The translations under genes were made by a program, and so were the position numbers. From Acidimicrobiales bacterium (GTDB lineage Bacteria > Actinomycetota > Acidimicrobiia > Acidimicrobiales > JAHEJN01): a stretch of 64,000 nucleotides of DNA. This document shows positions 60,475 to 64,000 of this stretch, one piece after another. The stretch spans positions 6,610 to 70,609 of the forward strand of contig JAHEJN010000007.1 of the NCBI GenBank assembly GCA_024638845.1. The letters are read 5' to 3'. Under the pieces are notes generated by a model. The model did not search any database and was not told where the DNA came from. It was given only the letters and a program-made list of their open reading frames with translations. Each line of letters begins with the position of its first letter. The first letter of the stretch is position 1.

Positions 60475-61785
60475 ATGAGCGCACAGGCCATCGAGGTCGC
60501 CAACGAGCAGCGAGCCGAGTCTCGTCGGGTGGGGCGACGCCAGATCACCGGATTCGCCTTCGGCCTCGCCGGTGTCGCGCTCATCGCTCTGGTGGCACCG
60601 AACATCACCGGCGACACGCGAACCTTCGCGTTCGAGCCACCCCCAGATCCGCTGGAGTTCAGCTTCGATCCGCCCACCGTGGTCGTCGTCATCGGCGTCG
60701 TCTACCTGCTCGCCGCGATTGCGTCGTTCCTCCCGGAACGACTCGACCACTGGGCGCGAGCGGCCCAGATCCTCGCGGCGGCTGCGACCATCCCGTTGAT
60801 CCTCGTGGTCGCGCTCGGCCTCTCCGCCGCGCCGGCCACCAACGTGACCAATCTCCTCGACGAATCACTCGTGCTCTCGACCCCGATCGCGCTGGGAGCG
60901 ATGACCGGGCTGTGGTCGGAGCGATCCGGGATCATCAACATCGGCATCGAGGGCACGATGCTGGGCTCCGCCGGTGTGGGGTTCATGGTGTTCGCCACGT
61001 TGGGCGAGGCCAGCAGTACCGGTTGGTTGTGGTTCGCGGTCTTCGCTGCCGTCCTCACCGGCGGCGCCCTCGCGCTCCTGCTCGCGGTGCTGGCGATCCG
61101 CTATCAGATCAATCAGATCGTTGCCGGAGTGGTCATCAACCTCTTCGCGCTGGGGCTCACCGGCTTCCTGCGCTCGGAGGTCATCGTTCCCTCCGGAAAC
61201 AGCAAGGGAATCTCGACCGCTGAGTTCGGCTTCCCGCTTCTCGAGGACATCCCGATCCTCGGCGAGACGTTGTTCAGGGGCAAGCCCATCCACTACATGA
61301 TGTTCGCGGTCGTATTCCTGACCTGGCTGGTGATGTTCCGCACAGCCTGGGGGCTGCGAGTCCGGTCGTGTGGCGAAGACCCCCATGCCGCCGAGACGCT
61401 GGGCATCGACGTCATCAAGACGCGGTATCGCTCCGTTGTGCTCGGTGGCTTCATCGCCGGCCTGGCCGGCGCCTGGTTCTCCATGGAGTCCCAGTCGGGC
61501 TTCGAGGACAACATGACCAACGCCGCCGGCTTCATCGCTCTCGCCGCCATGATCTTCGGCAAGTGGACGCCGTGGGGAGCGTTCGCCGGCGCGCTGCTCT
61601 TCGGTTTCGCGCGGGCACTGGGCTCACGACTGCAGTTCCTCGACGTGGAGATCAGTGGCTTCGGCATTCCGAGCGAGTTCTTCCAGAGCATGCCCTTTGC
61701 TGTGACCCTGGTGGTGGTGGCGGGTGCGCTCGGTCGATCGGTCGCACCGGCCGCAGAAGGGCAGCCGTACAGCCCGTCGAAGTGA
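60475..61785 (+). CDS. ABC transporter permease (second subunit)
   Basis: Starts 3 nt after the previous stop. Polytopic. ERSGIINIGIEGTML is typical of this permease family. Confidence 0.85.
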   Translation: MSAQAIEVANEQRAESRRVGRRQITGFAFGLAGVALIALVAPNITGDTRTFAFEPPPDPLEFSFDPPTVVVVIGVVYLLAAIASFLPERLDHWARAAQILAAAATIPLILVVALGLSAAPATNVTNLLDESLVLSTPIALGAMTGLWSERSGIINIGIEGTMLGSAGVGFMVFATLGEASSTGWLWFAVFAAVLTGGALALLLAVLAIRYQINQIVAGVVINLFALGLTGFLRSEVIVPSGNSKGISTAEFGFPLLEDIPILGETLFRGKPIHYMMFAVVFLTWLVMFRTAWGLRVRSCGEDPHAAETLGIDVIKTRYRSVVLGGFIAGLAGAWFSMESQSGFEDNMTNAAGFIALAAMIFGKWTPWGAFAGALLFGFARALGSRLQFLDVEISGFGIPSEFFQSMPFAVTLVVVAGALGRSVAPAAEGQPYSPSK

Positions 61786-61831
61786 TGTCGCCGATCTGGC
61801 GATCGCCCCGTGGCGGGTACAGTGCGGCGGC

Positions 61832-62230
61832 ATGCGGCGTAGCGACACATCGGGCCTCGACGCCCTCGGTGCAGGTCCACTGCCTGCCTCCCGCAACCTC
61901 GAGATCATTGCCCTCGACACACCAGCTGCCGTCGAGATCACGTTCCGCACCTCCGAGCTCCTCGCGTTGTGCCCCGTGACCGGGCAGAGAGACCTCTACG
62001 ACGCCGAGATCTCCCTATTCTCCCGCGCCACGCTCGAGTCGAAGTCGCTGAAGCTCTACCTCGCCACCTGGGACCGAGAACAGATTCTGGCCGAGGATCT
62101 GGCCAACTCCATTGCCGACGACGTCGCGGCGGTGCTCGGCGAGCATGCCGACTCGGTCGAGGTTCGGCTGCACCAGCACGTCCGCGGCGGTCTCGACATC
62201 ACGGTTGCCACCCGCCGCCCCGTGGACTGA
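61832..62230 (+). CDS. queF: NADPH-dependent 7-cyano-7-deazaguanine (preQ0) reductase, unimodular type
   Basis: ATG at 61832. Catalytic Cys in LCPVTGQRD and the QueF motif ESKSLKLYL. Confidence 0.75.
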   Translation: MRRSDTSGLDALGAGPLPASRNLEIIALDTPAAVEITFRTSELLALCPVTGQRDLYDAEISLFSRATLESKSLKLYLATWDREQILAEDLANSIADDVAAVLGEHADSVEVRLHQHVRGGLDITVATRRPVD

Positions 62231-62261
62231 TAGGCATCGAGGGGTTTCGGAAGCCGCCGGC

Positions 62262-63104
62262 TCAGTTCTGCGCAGCGATCTTGGCGAGAATGCCGTGCAG
62301 TCGCTCGCCCACCGACGTGCGGGCCGCACGGCCCGCCTCGACGACCTCGTCGTGACTCAGTGCCTCACCGCTCATTCCCGCCGCGGCGTTGGTGACCAGC
62401 GACATGCCGAGGACCTCGGCCCCGAGATGACGAGCGGCGATGGTCTCGAGCACCGTCGACATGCCGACGAGATCGGCACCGAGCGTTCGCAACATGGCGA
62501 TTTCGGCCGGCGTCTCGTAGTGCGGTCCGCCGAGGCCGGCATACACGCCCTCGGCGAGGTCGGGGTCGACCTCGCGGGCCAGCGCGCGCAGCGCGGGCGA
62601 GTAGGCGTCGGTGAGATCGGTGAAGCGAATCGGGTAGGGATCGGGTGCAGCCGGACCGCCGACGGGTGACTTCCCCGTGAGGTTGAGATGGTCACGGAGC
62701 ACCACCAACTGGCCGACGCCATAGTCGGGATTGATGCCCCCGCACCCGTTGGTGATCACGACGGTCTCGCTGCCGGCCAGGATGGCCGTGCGCAGCGGGT
62801 GGACGACCACGTGGGGGTCGTGGCCCTCGTACATGTGGATGCGGCCCTGGATGAGCAACACGTTCGACCCGTCGACCTGCACGAGCGAGAGGGCGCCGCC
62901 GTGGCCGGGAACGCTCGGCGGCGGGAAGCCCGGGAGGTCCTCGTAGGACACCGTGGAGAGGGGAGTGCCGATCAGCGAGACGGCATCGGCCCAGCCCGAC
63001 CCCAGGACCACCGCCACGTCGGGGGCAGCACCGAGCACATCGGTGAGACGACGGGCCGCGTGCTCGGCGGCGACGATCGGATGCGGTTCGGCGGAGTCAG
63101 ACAT
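62262..63104 (-). CDS. punA: Purine nucleoside phosphorylase (trimeric PNP family)
   Basis: LGSGW, GRIHMYEGH, NGCGGIN, YAGLGGPHYETPAE and GMSTVLE. Confidence 0.9.
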   Translation of the reverse strand: MSDSAEPHPIVAAEHAARRLTDVLGAAPDVAVVLGSGWADAVSLIGTPLSTVSYEDLPGFPPPSVPGHGGALSLVQVDGSNVLLIQGRIHMYEGHDPHVVVHPLRTAILAGSETVVITNGCGGINPDYGVGQLVVLRDHLNLTGKSPVGGPAAPDPYPIRFTDLTDAYSPALRALAREVDPDLAEGVYAGLGGPHYETPAEIAMLRTLGADLVGMSTVLETIAARHLGAEVLGMSLVTNAAAGMSGEALSHDEVVEAGRAARTSVGERLHGILAKIAAQN

Positions 63105-63127
63105 CTGCTCAGCGTGGCAGACGGCAG

Positions 63128-63160
63128 GCGCCGGTGCTACCGGGAAGCTCGCACCGGTGC
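63128..63160 (-). terminator. GC-rich hairpin downstream of the bL37-like ORF (possible intrinsic terminator; no U-tract)
   Basis: gcgccggtgc / gcaccggtgc arms (9 of 10 complementary, or a G-U pair) with a 13-nt loop, 11 nt after the stop codon. Confidence 0.3.
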
Positions 63161-63170
63161 GCTCGTGGGT

Positions 63171-63260
63171 TCAGGAATTGCGCCCCATGTTGGGCTTGCG
63201 GCCGTGGTTGGCCTTCTTCTTGCGTGCGTTGTTCTTCTTCTTCTGCGTGCGCTTCGACAC
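63171..63260 (-). CDS. Actinobacterial ribosomal protein bL37-like micro-ORF (29 aa)
   Basis: GGAGG plus a 5-nt spacer plus GTG at 63260. The peptide VSKRTQKKKNNARKKKANHGRKPNMGRNS has the (K/R)-rich...ANHG(K/R)(K/R)PN pattern I recall for bL37. Confidence 0.55.
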   Translation of the reverse strand: MSKRTQKKKNNARKKKANHGRKPNMGRNS

Positions 63261-63313
63261 GACAACCTCCACGAAATCGAAGCCGAAGTGTACTGGCTGG
63301 GTCGGTGCGCCCC

Positions 63314-64000
63314 TCAGTCGTGAGCGCCAGCCCAGGCAAGAAGATCGTCGGCCCCCAGGGCGTTGACCACACGATCGGTGCCGATGCCGGCCGCGGCGGC
63401 CTTCTCGCATCCGTAGGGCTGCCACTCGAGCTGGCCGGGGGCGTGGGCATCGGTGTCGATGGCGACCTTGACGTCCCAGTCGGCCAGTTCGGCCAGCAGA
63501 TCGTCGGGTGGGTCGAGTCGTTCGGGCCGGCAGTTGATCTCGACGGCGGTGTCGAATCGCTCGCACGCCGCCCACACGATGGCCGAGTCGAACTCGGACG
63601 GCGGACGTCTGGTGCCGACGATCTTGCGATTGGTGCAATGGCCGAGGATGTCGACATGGGGGTTGGCGACGGCCAGCACCATCCGGCGGGTCATCTCGGG
63701 CTCGGGCAGACGCAGCTTGCTGTGCGCACTGGCGACGACGATGTCGAGCCGGGCGAGGATCTCGTCGGGCAGGTCGAGGGAGCCGTCGACCAGGATGTCG
63801 ACCTCGCAGCCCGTGAGCAGGCGGAAACCGTGGTTCTCGGGATCGGTGGCCAGCTCCTTGTTCACCTCGGCGATCTCGTCGAGCTGGTCGGCCAGTCGCT
63901 CCTCGGACAACCCGTGGGCGACCGTGAGCCGGGGCGAGTGGTCGGTGACCACCAGGTACTCGTGCCCGAGCGCTCGGGCTGCGGCGGCCATGTCGCGCAC
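63314..64000 (-). CDS. PHP-domain phosphoesterase (PolX C-terminal-domain-like); the 5' end is outside the window
   Basis: VVTDHSP, GCEVDI, ASAHS, LGH and AIDTDAH are PHP metal-binding motifs. Confidence 0.75.
   Translation of the reverse strand: MRDMAAAARALGHEYLVVTDHSPRLTVAHGLSEERLADQLDEIAEVNKELATDPENHGFRLLTGCEVDILVDGSLDLPDEILARLDIVVASAHSKLRLPEPEMTRRMVLAVANPHVDILGHCTNRKIVGTRRPPSEFDSAIVWAACERFDTAVEINCRPERLDPPDDLLAELADWDVKVAIDTDAHAPGQLEWQPYGCEKAAAAGIGTDRVVNALGADDLLAWAGAHD

Overview
The window is a very GC-rich, gene-dense stretch (GC not computed) that looks like an Actinomycetota chromosomal backbone. The evidence for that is cofD/cofE, the order manB-manA-ahcY, comF-hpf, ftsH and a bL37-like micro-ORF. 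I support about 68 protein genes. I found no rRNA, tRNA, CRISPR array, transposase or integrase.

Gene blocks:
- 385-10491: F420 tail genes, followed by a GDP-6-deoxyhexose and glycosyltransferase envelope cluster.
- 10516-17308: housekeeping and membrane genes, including ftsH and a CPBP protease.
- 17318-25519: GDP-mannose supply genes, then ahcY, comF and hpf.
- 26293-27129: a divergent redox pair.
- 28620-32937: isoprenoid-related genes, a solute-binding protein and a dehydrogenase.
- 34247-40028: a bacterial microcompartment (BMC) locus with its regulator.
- 40247-47513: P-II, a ferredoxin/reductase pair and pepN.
- 47540-63104: a large nucleoside salvage and catabolism block (adenosine kinase, phospho-sugar mutase, upp, psuG, HAD, add, BMP-type ABC importer, queF, punA).

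Main findings:
1. The BMC locus at 34247-39598 is compact and translationally coupled. It encodes RpiB, deoxyribose-phosphate aldolase and a CoA-acylating aldehyde dehydrogenase, each with an N-terminal encapsulation-peptide-like helix. The shell set is one BMC-H, two different BMC-T and three BMC-P proteins. No phosphotransacylase or alcohol dehydrogenase lies inside the locus. It fits the experimentally uncharacterised 'sugar phosphate utilisation' class of BMC.
2. A SelW/Rdx-like gene at 26293-26559 has an in-frame TGA exactly at the CxxU position, followed by a SECIS-like hairpin. The ORF track truncates this gene.
3. A 29-codon bL37-like ribosomal micro-ORF sits at 63171-63260.

Most long ORFs overlapping these genes on other frames or strands are Arg/Pro/Gly-rich GC artefacts, and I rejected them.
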